A DNA stretch of 31,513 nt. It comes from a virus (lineage: Duplodnaviria; Caudoviricetes). Position 1 is the first letter of the stretch. Each line of letters begins with the position of its first letter. A model generated the notes under the pieces. It was not told the DNA's origin. It worked only from the letters and a program-made list of their open reading frames with translations, and made no database searches. Below, piece by piece: positions 1-7,697 of this stretch. Position numbers and translations under genes: made by a program. The stretch is taken from positions 1 through 31,513 of the IMG/VR virus record IMGVR_UViG_3300025066_000101. The stretch is one strand, 5' to 3'.

Positions 1-54
1 GTGCGATTGCAATTTAAGGACTCATCTCAAAACTACACTTCCACATGTTTTAAG

Positions 55-233
55 TGAAAAGTGAGGGACTCGAACCCTCGATTTGTAACCAGATAGGCTA
101 TCGACCCACAAATGCAGTATGTGCCGACCCGTCTAGCCTTTGTCCATCTAGCGAGGCCATGAACCCCCGCACCGCTGCCTTATCCGTGAGCATCTCAGCT
201 CTACATTACCATAGGGCTCCAACGGCACCTTTC
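55..233 (-). ncRNA. Oversized tRNA-like structured RNA (~179 nt)
   Basis: Acceptor stem GAAAGGT/ACTTTTC with A discriminator and T-arm GAGGG-TTCGAGT-CCCTC. Interior has long stems (CCGT..ACGG, GCAG..CTGC, GTGC..GCAC, ATTTGTGG..TTACAAAT). Confidence 0.65.
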
Positions 234-302
234 GTATTTTTATCGGTCGATGTTAATTCACCTTTTAATATCCCACGGCATGAAGCCCAGGAATACCCGA
301 AG

Positions 303-381
303 TGGACCAGAGGGGAGTCGAACCCCTGTACCCAAATGTTCTCTTGCGAGGTTTACATTGGGGCGAAACCGTTGCTGGCCC
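303..381 (-). ncRNA. Minimal tmRNA-like RNA (tRNA-like domain only)
   Basis: GGGCCAG/CTGGTCC-A acceptor with G3.U70 and A73, stemless D-loop CAACGGTTTCG, P2-like stem CCCAATGT/ACATTTGGG capped by CTC-GCAA-GAG, then TAC and T-arm AGGGG-TTCGACT-CCCCT. Confidence 0.7.
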
Positions 382-538
382 TTAGTACCCCATGTCGGTT
401 ATGCTCCGACCTCTGCGGGTTGAAGGCCCGCCGACTGCACTAGTCGTCCTATGGGGCAAAGTGGTCGTCTTACATCGGACTTAGTACGCTTGTGAGCTAG
501 GCTCAACTTGGACTTAGTACACCATGCGACCATATGTG

Positions 539-727
539 TTATTCTTCCGTTACCTCTTGGTCGTAACGACCGTCGCGGAAGCTGGGATTAGCCGCGAGGA
601 ACTTCGCAGCTTGACGCTTGGTGACTTCCTTCTCACCGCAGAACTTGACGAGAGCCGAGTGCAACGGGTGCTCCGACTTCAAGAGTTGAGCGGACGATAG
701 CTTGACGATAGTGACCTTTTTCGACAT
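539..727 (-). CDS. Hypothetical protein (62 aa)
   Basis: ATG with GAGGA RBS, directly downstream of promoter at 768-795. Confidence 0.75.
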   Translation of the reverse strand: MSKKVTIVKLSSAQLLKSEHPLHSALVKFCGEKEVTKRQAAKFLAANPSFRDGRYDQEVTEE

Positions 728-941
728 GACGTTTTTTCCTCAGGTGGCTTGTGATGTGTGAGACTACATTATACACCTAATGCAGCCCGAGTCAAGTGCA
801 ATTCTGGTCTTAATTGCGGAAGGCGAACTATTTAAGTGGGCGTCGTTCGCTCTGCCCTTGTCTCTTATGTCCTAATTATAGCATTGATTGCGGCGGGGTC
901 AACAGGCAAATGGGTATTTTCTAAAAGAATTTAAGATTGAC

Positions 942-1020
942 GTAAGTCGTTGGTATGAAAGGAGTTAGGGGGCGCGGGGCTGCCCCGCTGGATGTAAGTC
1001 CTTTGGTAGCAAGGGGTTAG
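942..1020. repeat. Paired 27-bp palindrome element, copy 1
   Basis: Units 942-968 and 994-1020, 25-bp GC-rich spacer. Confidence 0.95.
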
Positions 1021-1169
1021 GGCTTGGCAATCTCTAATAGTGATTCCATAGTCGCCTTGACAATATCATATATTGATGTATTGGTATAGTTGTCACCAAT
1101 ACGACCCCCACAGATATAGCCCTCACGGTCCTCTACCTCATGGACCAGTTCCTCTAGCTTGGTTGTCAT
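1017..1169 (-). CDS. Hypothetical protein (50 aa, MTTKLEELV...), not in ORF track
   Basis: Manual translation; start overlaps the stop of the upstream ORF and the TAA stop lies inside repeat copy 1. Confidence 0.6.
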   Translation of the reverse strand: MTTKLEELVHEVEDREGYICGGRIGDNYTNTSIYDIVKATMESLLEIAKP

Positions 1170-1405
1170 TAATCTACCTCGATATAAAAGGAATCTAGTT
1201 CTTCACCGCACACGACGTAACAGCGACGGTTGCCGCACTCACATCGGTTGCTATCTTTAGGGGATTCGGGAAGCATAAAGCTACCGCACTCATCACAGTC
1301 GCACACCATAGCCTCATCGCTATCAAGGCCATCAAGCATAAACCTTGTAAACTGCTCATCTGTTAGGCAGTTATAGGAATAGTGTTTGTGTAGTTCGTTG
1401 ACCAT
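1169..1405 (-). CDS. Small Cys-rich (zinc-ribbon-like) protein
   Basis: Likely start MVNELHKH at 1405, since the longer ORF overlaps tRNA-like DNA; CDCDECG and CECG motifs. Confidence 0.65.
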   Translation of the reverse strand: MVNELHKHYSYNCLTDEQFTRFMLDGLDSDEAMVCDCDECGSFMLPESPKDSNRCECGNRRCYVVCGEELDSFYIEVD

Positions 1406-1530
1406 GTTTCTCTTTCGCTGCCTCAATATAAGATATAAAATATAATAGCAAGGAATGACGGGTATCGAACTAATGCTGGCGTGTTTCACCACAGCGCTAT
1501 GCGACCACGAGGGTGGATGCACCCACCCGT

Positions 1531-1592
1531 TGGGACCAGCCCGCATTTCCGGTTTTATAGACCGGTGTGTTAACCATTCACACTACATTCCC
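1531..1592 (-). pseudogene. Degenerate tRNA with incomplete T-arm
   Basis: GGGAATG-TA-GTGTGAATGGTTAACAC D-arm and CCGGT-CTATAAA-ACCGG anticodon arm, then GCGGG with no T-loop or 3' T-stem. Confidence 0.55.
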
Positions 1593-1603
1593 AACACTTT
1601 CAG

Positions 1604-1672
1604 CGACCCATAGGGGCTTTGCTCCCCTTACCCAGGATAGACAGTCCCGAGGCCAAACTGATTGGATAGGTC
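1604..1672 (-). tRNA. Atypical tRNA-Asp(GTC)
   Basis: Acceptor GACCTAT/ATGGGTC with G73, anticodon arm CGGGA-CTGTCTA-TCCTG, T-stem AGGGG/CCCCT with non-canonical loop AGCAAAG, short D-arm CCAA-TCAGT-TTGG. Confidence 0.55.
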
Positions 1673-1700
1673 GAATGAGGGGACTCTAACCCCTCTCGTG

Positions 1701-1997
1701 TCAAACAAACTTTCGGGCAAACTTTCGTAAGCCGAAGCACACCTTCCCCAGTGTAGGGGAATAGCGGTACAGCCCATCGGTTCGTTCGATGTAATAACAT
1801 CGCTTGTCACCGTTAGGGTGTTCCACGTTCACAAGCAACTGAGAACGCTTGAATTCCTTATCGCCGCTGCGATAGTCCTCGCTGCGAACCTTCTGCTCGT
1901 CCGTATCACGTACCGAAAGCACACGACCGAAACGACCAGACACCCCCTGTAAGGGCTGCTTGTACTTAAAGGAAACAACATCATTTTTCACAAACAT
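1701..1997 (-). CDS. Hypothetical protein (possible SH3/Sm-like beta fold)
   Basis: ATG with GAGG RBS downstream of promoter 2052-2079; fold is a guess from the alternating hydrophobic pattern. Confidence 0.7.
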   Translation of the reverse strand: MFVKNDVVSFKYKQPLQGVSGRFGRVLSVRDTDEQKVRSEDYRSGDKEFKRSQLLVNVEHPNGDKRCYYIERTDGLYRYSPTLGKVCFGLRKFARKFV

Positions 1998-2210
1998 CAA
2001 AAAACCTCTTTCAAAAAAACCTAGGGAAGTCGTCTCCCCTTCATGTTTCCAATTATACCATAGGAGTTCGTGGAGTCAAGCCCATAGCGGCAAAAACAAC
2101 AAGAAATCCAAAGATAATTAAAGCGTTCATTTTGTTCTCCCTTCCTACTACTATTATCGGCACTTGTCAACCCCAATCTTCACTAATTCCCAAAAGAAAT
2201 CGAAATAGTT

Positions 2211-2289
2211 GTAAGTCGTTGCTATCAAAGGGGTTACGTCGCGCGGGGCAGCCCCGTAGGCCCTAAGTGCTTACGCACAAAGGACTTAC
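2211..2289. repeat. Paired 27-bp palindrome element, copy 2
   Basis: Units 2211-2237 and 2263-2289. Confidence 0.95.
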
Positions 2290-2291
2290 GG

Positions 2292-2597
2292 CTATCGTAC
2301 ACCGCCTTTATATAGTGAAATCGTTTTCCTAAGTTCTAAAATAGTCCTATCTCTCTGAGCCAACTCCTCTCGCAACTCCTGACGCTCGCGGTCGCAGTCC
2401 CAACATTCGATTGAGTCGTCAACGTACCGCTTTAGCAGCGTCCACGTTTTACGGTCGAGAACGTGCCGCGCGTCACTACCAACCATAAGGCAGAACCTTA
2501 TTCGGTCGTCGCTGCTGCCAGGACCACAGTATCTAGTGATGCTCAACTTCACACCGCCCTCATCATGGGCTCTCAACTGGATAACTTGTTCACTCAT
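2292..2597 (-). CDS. Hypothetical protein with C-terminal coiled coil
   Basis: Coupled by 4-nt overlap to 2594..2797. Confidence 0.7.
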   Translation of the reverse strand: MSEQVIQLRAHDEGGVKLSITRYCGPGSSDDRIRFCLMVGSDARHVLDRKTWTLLKRYVDDSIECWDCDRERQELREELAQRDRTILELRKTISLYKGGVR

Positions 2598-2797
2598 TTC
2601 ATTTCCTTTATATATTCAAAGTCACTTGTGGCGAGGTAAAACCCAAATTCTGCGTGTGTGTTGTCTGGGCTAAATAGGAAACTACCATCTTCTTCCGTCA
2701 CGACCCCCGTACTATTTTTAGGGAAATCCAGCGAACACATAGTATCAATCTCTGTCATCGTTCGCGTTAGCCTTGCCCGTTTTTCACTCATTTCCAA
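2594..2797 (-). CDS. Hypothetical protein
   Basis: Downstream of promoter 2862-2889; overlaps next gene by 4 nt. Confidence 0.6.
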   Translation of the reverse strand: MEMSEKRARLTRTMTEIDTMCSLDFPKNSTGVVTEEDGSFLFSPDNTHAEFGFYLATSDFEYIKEMK

Positions 2798-2961
2798 ATT
2801 CTCTCTGGTTTGATGTTGACGAGATATTCATTTTCATCTCATTTCCCTTTCTGTTGCCCCAATTATACCATACATATAGACAGAGTCAACCCCTAAAACT
2901 CGCGTGCTAGTGCTTACAGCACACCTACCGGGGCGGCTTAGGTGGCACACCCCCGCCCAGA

Positions 2962-3315
2962 CTACACCTGCTCCTTGTCCAGGGTGGGGTAGTGGAAGCG
3001 GGACGTACACCCGGTGTAGATTGCCAAGTAATCGAATAGCATATTGAAGCAATCGAACCCGTAGGTTGTGCATGTGCAATATGGGGAAACGGCGGTGTAG
3101 CCAACGCTATCGCCTAGCTTGGTGAACAGCTCTACACTGTACGCATCGCTACCATAGATAGCGATATTGCTATCAGCATACGACGCAGCACGACGCATCG
3201 CGGCGGCTGCCTTACGGCACGCCTGTAGGGGCGAACGCCCAAAGAACACCTCACGCACGTCAACGCCGTTGGAGTTGGTGAAAGAAAAAACGGCTTTGTG
3301 TGTGAAATTCGACAT
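2962..3315 (-). CDS. Hypothetical protein (117 aa)
   Basis: GGAG RBS, promoter at about 3359-3386. Confidence 0.75.
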   Translation of the reverse strand: MSNFTHKAVFSFTNSNGVDVREVFFGRSPLQACRKAAAAMRRAASYADSNIAIYGSDAYSVELFTKLGDSVGYTAVSPYCTCTTYGFDCFNMLFDYLAIYTGCTSRFHYPTLDKEQV

Positions 3316-3426
3316 AACTTAAAACTCCAGATGAAACTAACAACCAAACAACTCCCCTATTATAGTAGTTATCGGCACCGTGTCAACCCCCACACCACTA
3401 AATTATAAAAGAAAATAGAAATAGTC

Positions 3427-3505
3427 GTAAGTCGTTGGTATGAAAGAGGTTAGGGCGCGCGGGGCAGCCCCGTGGCACCTAAGTCCTTATGTGGTAACGA
3501 CTTAG
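3427..3505. repeat. Paired 27-bp palindrome element, copy 3
   Basis: Units 3427-3453 and 3479-3505. Confidence 0.95.
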
Positions 3506-3687
3506 AGCGAGGGGAGCTTGAAGATGCTGTCGATGCAGATTACCCTCAATGTGGGGTAGTCCTTATAGCAGTCGAGCAACTGATTCACAGCGTGCCGCTC
3601 ATCGTTCGCGTCGAAGTCGCAGAACTGTACAAACGTCAACTGGTCCTTGGTGCAATATTCCTGATATGTCACGCGAAATTTGGACAT
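3502..3687 (-). CDS. Hypothetical protein
   Basis: TAATG coupling with upstream ORF; stop inside repeat copy 3. Confidence 0.7.
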   Translation of the reverse strand: MSKFRVTYQEYCTKDQLTFVQFCDFDANDERHAVNQLLDCYKDYPTLRVICIDSIFKLPSL

Positions 3688-4007
3688 TAGTAGTCCTCCC
3701 CAAAGTAACCATAAGATTCGTCACACTCGCAGAAGTCCTCACGCTCCTGCTGCTCAAGCATCAAGTCCCGCTGATACTCGGCTTCGGCTTCCCCGTCCTC
3801 ATCGTTCCACCAGCCGCACTGGCAGTCGGATAGCATATCCCCACACTCAATACAGGGGGTCTGCTGTGCAATGGCATCGGCGGTCACGTCGTCAGCCGCC
3901 CCCTCACACACGGGGCAGGTGTCCACGTCCCCCACGAGAGAACCGCAGTCCTCGCAGTTCCAAGAGCCGTTGACGATAACGCGGGAGTCGATTTCTTGCT
4001 TGCACAT
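3687..4007 (-). CDS. Acidic multi-CxxC zinc-binding protein
   Basis: CEDC, CPVC, CIEC, CQC and CEC motifs; AAGGA RBS; promoter 4049-4076. Confidence 0.75.
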   Translation of the reverse strand: MCKQEIDSRVIVNGSWNCEDCGSLVGDVDTCPVCEGAADDVTADAIAQQTPCIECGDMLSDCQCGWWNDEDGEAEAEYQRDLMLEQQEREDFCECDESYGYFGEDY

Positions 4008-4079
4008 GGCAGGGTTCCTTAGTGGGTGGCGTTGCTTGTTATGTCTTAATTATAGCGAATATTTTAGCTGAGTCAATAG

Positions 4080-4280
4080 CTATTTTGAAAAAACTTGTGA
4101 TTCGCAACAATCGGTTACAATCGAGTGCCCAGAAAATGGGAGGGTCTTAACCTCAATTTTCATATTCGGGTCACGATGCGTGTAGCTTACCCCCACGGTG
4201 CATTGGGTCTTACACCCAATAGAACTAGCGACTAACATACCAGCAACGAGAGCGACAACGATGTAAATGTATTTCTTCAT
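4080..4280 (-). CDS. Putative small lipoprotein or exported protein
   Basis: MKK, hydrophobic stretch and lipobox-like SIGC; AGGA RBS. Confidence 0.65.
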   Translation of the reverse strand: MKKYIYIVVALVAGMLVASSIGCKTQCTVGVSYTHRDPNMKIEVKTLPFSGHSIVTDCCESQVFSK

Positions 4281-4376
4281 GGCGATTCCTTAAATGAGAA
4301 GAACTATCTTACTATATATATTATCGACACGTCAACCCCAAATCTTGAGGCAAACAGAAGAAAACACAAAATAGTT

Positions 4377-4455
4377 GTAAGTCCTTTGATACCAACGACT
4401 TAGGGTGCGCGGGGCTGCTTAATGGGGTGTAACTCCTTTAGTACCAACGACTTAG
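4377..4455. repeat. Paired 27-bp palindrome element, copy 4
   Basis: Units 4377-4403 and 4429-4455. Confidence 0.95.
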
Positions 4456-4655
4456 GGCGTTTTTATCTTGGCAACAATCTCATCAGAGGGGAGCCACCCA
4501 ATCCACTCATCCGACTCAACCAAGAGGGCCTCTTTACCCCCCATGCAGATAGGTGTACCAGTATCAACCACACTAAAGAGTGGGCCGCGTTCCCTGATTC
4601 GGTTGCGCGTTCGTTGGCTTGCCTCTTTGGCTGCCTCAATATGTAAAATGCACAT
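4452..4655 (-). CDS. Hypothetical protein
   Basis: AAGGA RBS; stop inside repeat copy 4. Confidence 0.65.
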   Translation of the reverse strand: MCILHIEAAKEASQRTRNRIRERGPLFSVVDTGTPICMGGKEALLVESDEWIGWLPSDEIVAKIKTP

Positions 4656-4658
4656 AAT

Positions 4659-4832
4659 TTAATCCTTCCAAATATCACCCCACTGGATAGCCTGATAGTA
4701 CTCCCTATCAAGGTGGGCCAGCATTGCACGCCATCGGCCATCGCTCACGCCTGATGGCTTACCGCCGCCATAGTGCAGACGGTTAACCACCCGCACCATG
4801 TGTCGATTTAGTTCCATGTTCTGTACGCTCAT
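4659..4832 (-). CDS. Hypothetical protein
   Basis: ATGA overlap with upstream gene (start MSVQNM). Confidence 0.6.
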   Translation of the reverse strand: MSVQNMELNRHMVRVVNRLHYGGGKPSGVSDGRWRAMLAHLDREYYQAIQWGDIWKD

Positions 4833-5242
4833 TTTTGTTCCCAATTCTCGTAAAATTCATCCATCGAGGGGACATCAACTGGTCCATCGGAGGGGACATC
4901 CCCCTTTACCACCCCATAGTGGGCCTCTAGTTGGGCCACACGAGCGGCCCGAAAATCTTTGTCGCAACCGACCGAAACATCCACCATTGTGGGGAGCATA
5001 AAGGCCCCCTCATCGTCGTGTGCTTCCTTTACGGTTAGCTTTCCAGCAAAACCAAGCAATTGCTCAAGCGTTTTGTGCTCAACCTCAACCGCTTTGTGCT
5101 TGCGGGATTCCCACAAATCGGTGGTTTTCAATTCGTCGTCGTCGTGAACAACATCGACGTTGAAACATCCGAACAACTCAACATCGCTGATGTGTTCGCC
5201 GTTGATTAGTTCGCTAGTCGTGGCGTTTGGAAAGTTCTTCAT
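4829..5242 (-). CDS. Hypothetical acidic protein (137 aa)
   Basis: Likely start MKNFPN with AAGGA RBS, downstream of promoter 5282-5310. Confidence 0.75.
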   Translation of the reverse strand: MKNFPNATTSELINGEHISDVELFGCFNVDVVHDDDELKTTDLWESRKHKAVEVEHKTLEQLLGFAGKLTVKEAHDDEGAFMLPTMVDVSVGCDKDFRAARVAQLEAHYGVVKGDVPSDGPVDVPSMDEFYENWEQK

Positions 5243-5315
5243 TGTCTTGATTCCTTGGGGGGTTGTGTTTGGTATACTTGAATTGTAGCAGGTTTCGCGG
5301 GGCGTGTCAACACCC

Positions 5316-5507
5316 CTAGTCAACTTTTCCGAGAAAAAAGTTCACGCCATTGTGAAATAGTTTCGGATTAGGATTGCCGTTGGTGGACGACTTAGCCGCG
5401 AGGAAATTAAACGCGGCCACCGCTGCCTTTGCGTTGGTAAACGTGCCTTGCAGCTTACCATGGTTGCCGCCGAACAGTTTGAATGGGTGGTTGAAATTGA
5501 TTTTCAT
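5316..5507 (-). CDS. Hypothetical protein
   Basis: AAGGA RBS, promoter 5550-5577. Confidence 0.7.
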   Translation of the reverse strand: MKINFNHPFKLFGGNHGKLQGTFTNAKAAVAAFNFLAAKSSTNGNPNPKLFHNGVNFFLGKVD

Positions 5508-5618
5508 AACATCGTTTCCTTAGTGGGTTGTGTTGCTTAGTATTCCCCCATTATACTAAGTATCGGCAATTTGTCAACACCAAAACCACTAAATCTGCAA
5601 AGAAAGTCAAAATACTTT

Positions 5619-5634
5619 TGGCACGATATTTGCA
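5619..5634 (+). promoter_or_regulatory. sigma54 (-24/-12) promoter motif
   Basis: TGGCACG-ATAT-TTGCA, exact RpoN consensus. Confidence 0.65.
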
Positions 5635-5647
5635 GTACGGAATCGTC

Positions 5648-5726
5648 GTAAGTCGTTGATATGAAAGGACTTAGGGCGCGCGGGGCAGGCGGGCGGCACC
5701 TAAACCCTTGCCACGTAAGGACTTAC
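5648..5726. repeat. Paired 27-bp palindrome element, copy 5
   Basis: Units 5648-5674 and 5700-5726. Confidence 0.95.
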
Positions 5727-5830
5727 GTCAAGGCGTACGCTATAAGAATAATGGCAGTCGTGCCGAGGAACATCACGGCGGCGGGTATAACTATAATTTC
5801 AATTAAAAAAGCAACTATTTTACACAGCAT
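5723..5830 (-). CDS. 35-aa hydrophobic membrane peptide, not in ORF track
   Basis: MLCKIVAFLIEIIVIPAAVMFLGTTAIILIAYALT; stop inside repeat copy 5; no clear RBS. Confidence 0.45.
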   Translation of the reverse strand: MLCKIVAFLIEIIVIPAAVMFLGTTAIILIAYALT

Positions 5831-6000
5831 GTCAAGTACCTTGGAAAAGTGTCAAGTATGGTCAGTACATCGCGGCCAATCTGGTATTACGCCGATTCGA
5901 GGGGATTTCTCCAGTCCCCTTTTAGTAGCCCAACGGTCTTATCCTCCTCATGTTGAAACTGCTGACCCGTCTATCAGAGTCAGCTAAACTTGTCATGTGT

Positions 6001-6195
6001 TGGCGGGTGTGCCGAGAGTCGAACTCAGGTTGGTCTAGTCACTTGTTGACGTTATATCGCGATGTTCCCACATCAAAAGGGCTGTACATCACCCTTTGCG
6101 ACTAACTAAGGAGGGTTGGATAAACCCCTCCGACAACGACTAAACTGGATACCGCACATCGGCCACCCGATTTGTTTCGGATAACCTACACACCC
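6001..6195 (-). ncRNA. Oversized tRNA-like RNA with encoded CCA (~195 nt)
   Basis: Perfect acceptor GGGTGTG/CACACCC followed by G-CCA, U8A9, T-arm CTGAG-TTCGACT-CTCGG, large multibranched interior. Confidence 0.7.
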
Positions 6196-6533
6196 AGATT
6201 GTATTGTCGGTTTTTTTGCCCGCAGGACCGAAAACCTGCACTTGATTCGTTGGGCGGCGGCTAGGTCGCTCGTTAGGCCACCATTCCAGGCGGCACCCAT
6301 TTGTTTTAACCCGTTCAATCTGCCTGCGGGTTCGTGTACCCTGCGACAGACTTTTGAACGACCCAGCGTTTTTTATCAACGACTTACGCAATCGGAACGG
6401 ATGTCTTTTGCGGTTCGAGTGCCCATCTTATCACTCGAAACTTTCAGGGGTTGTAAAGCCCTACGGGGTCGCCATTACACGTCTCGCTTGTCTTATGTTT
6501 TCAATTATACCATAAATCTTATCGTTGTCAACC

Positions 6534-6689
6534 CTACTTGGGTAAAGTTTTCACTTTTTTTTGCCACTTGTATCGCGGGCCAAAGAAAACGGTTTTCATC
6601 CCGTTTTGCTTGTCGTAGGCGGCGACTAAGGTGTCAGCAAAGGTAGCCTTGCGGGCGATAGTTCGGACGGTGTAACGAGAAAACTTCAT
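6534..6689 (-). CDS. Basic hypothetical protein (51 aa, MKFSRYTVR...), not in ORF track
   Basis: AAGGA RBS; manual translation. Confidence 0.6.
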   Translation of the reverse strand: MKFSRYTVRTIARKATFADTLVAAYDKQNGMKTVFFGPRYKWQKKVKTLPK

Positions 6690-6704
6690 TCTATTTCCTT
6701 GTGG

Positions 6705-6762
6705 GCGGGGCTATTCAGTCTCAAATGAGCTATTCGCGTGGTGCGAATCCAGTAAGCCTCGC
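6705..6762 (-). ncRNA. Three-way-junction 5'-leader RNA motif, copy 1
   Basis: GGCT-TACTGG-ATTCGC(loop)GCGAAT-AG-CTC(loop)GAG-ACTGAAT-AGCC between promoter 6780-6808 and RBS. Confidence 0.6.
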
Positions 6763-7035
6763 TTGCTTGGTATATCTAAATTGTACCATAGATGTTGTGT
6801 GGAGTCAAGAGCTTAGGAGCCCTTTTTTCGAGATAATCTCGAATTCTTTTTGGGTGATTACCCCAGTTTTAACCCACTGGAATACCCACCCGATACGCTT
6901 CTCAAGGTAGGTGTTTTCTAGTTTGGCGATTCGTGCTTTTAGTTCGCTGGTCATTTCGATGCCTTAAAAAAACTTTCTTAACTGCCTTGCGTGTGTCCTA
7001 CACTATAAGGAAATTGCCCCGAAAGAGGGGTCGTC

Positions 7036-7150
7036 GTAACTCCTTACCACCACACGACTTACGTCGAAATTCCCCCTAAACAGCCTAATGTGTTATGTAT
7101 GTCACCCCCCGCTGATTATCGACATAAGTTGTTACTAGCACACGACTTAA
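7036..7150. repeat. Two unpaired copies of the 27-bp palindrome
   Basis: 7036-7062 and 7124-7150. Confidence 0.75.
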
Positions 7151-7187
7151 AATACTTCCTAAATACTTTATTTTCCAGAAGAGGTAT

Positions 7188-7203
7188 GTGACACGTTAGG
7201 TCA
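7188..7203. promoter_or_regulatory. Putative operator GTGACACGTTAGGTCA (also at 8132-8147 and 8453-8468)
   Basis: Three near-identical copies with TGAC-N7-GTCA dyad; two overlap the -35/spacer of promoters. Confidence 0.55.
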
Positions 7204-7279
7204 CGGGCCGCACGGGAGGGGGTTAGCTATAACTGTACCCCCCGAAATAGTTTTGCGTTTGGCACGATATTATATTGAC

Positions 7280-7358
7280 GTAAACCCTTGGTATCAAAGG
7301 ACTTAGGGCACGCGGGGCAGGCCCCCCGACCGTAACCCCTTACCACGTAAGGACTTAC
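7280..7358. repeat. Paired 27-bp palindrome element, copy 6
   Basis: Units 7280-7306 and 7332-7358. Confidence 0.95.
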
Positions 7359-7531
7359 GTCGAAAGTACTTCTTTCCATTCACCGTTGGTGTGGTCAACG
7401 TCGCCAATCAGCTCACCGTCTTTCCATACCTGTACAGCCGAACACTTAGGGTCAGCAACAGCCAAAGCCCGCGACAACGTAGGCCCCACGTAAATCACAT
7501 CGTAATAAGTAATTACAATATATATCTTCAT
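7355..7531 (-). CDS. Hypothetical protein, paralog of 9743..9916
   Basis: Likely start MKIYIV; stop inside repeat copy 6. Confidence 0.7.
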   Translation of the reverse strand: MKIYIVITYYDVIYVGPTLSRALAVADPKCSAVQVWKDGELIGDVDHTNGEWKEVLST

Positions 7532-7565
7532 TTTGTCAAGTACCTTAAAAAGTGTCAAGTATTGT

Positions 7566-7697
7566 TTAGCGAGTCAAGCCACCACCGTAGCGGCGACGGC
7601 AGCAAGCGCCACGCATTTTCTCACGCTTCAAATCGCTGGCCTTCTCTTTCGAGCGTAGGCGGCGGCGGTCAGCTTTGCGGTTTTGTCCCTTAGTCAT
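7566..7697 (-). CDS. Very basic 43-aa protein, not in ORF track
   Basis: AAGGA RBS, promoter 7735-7763; MTKGQNRKADRRRLRSK... Confidence 0.6.
   Translation of the reverse strand: MTKGQNRKADRRRLRSKEKASDLKREKMRGACCRRRYGGGLTR

Noticed and set aside
234-302. HDV-like (theta) ribozyme in the tRNA-like trailer
   Set aside because: Only a simple hairpin is visible; I could not build the nested double pseudoknot.
54-443. Plus-strand 129-aa ORF
   Set aside because: Antisense to two tRNA-like RNAs; no RBS.
6001-6195. Full tmRNA or intron-containing tRNA
   Set aside because: No G3.U70 or Ala discriminator, no recognisable tag ORF, and too short for a group I intron.
6106-6646. ORFs 6106..6318, 6140..6391 and 6242..6646
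   Set aside because: TTG starts without RBS, overlapping structured RNA.
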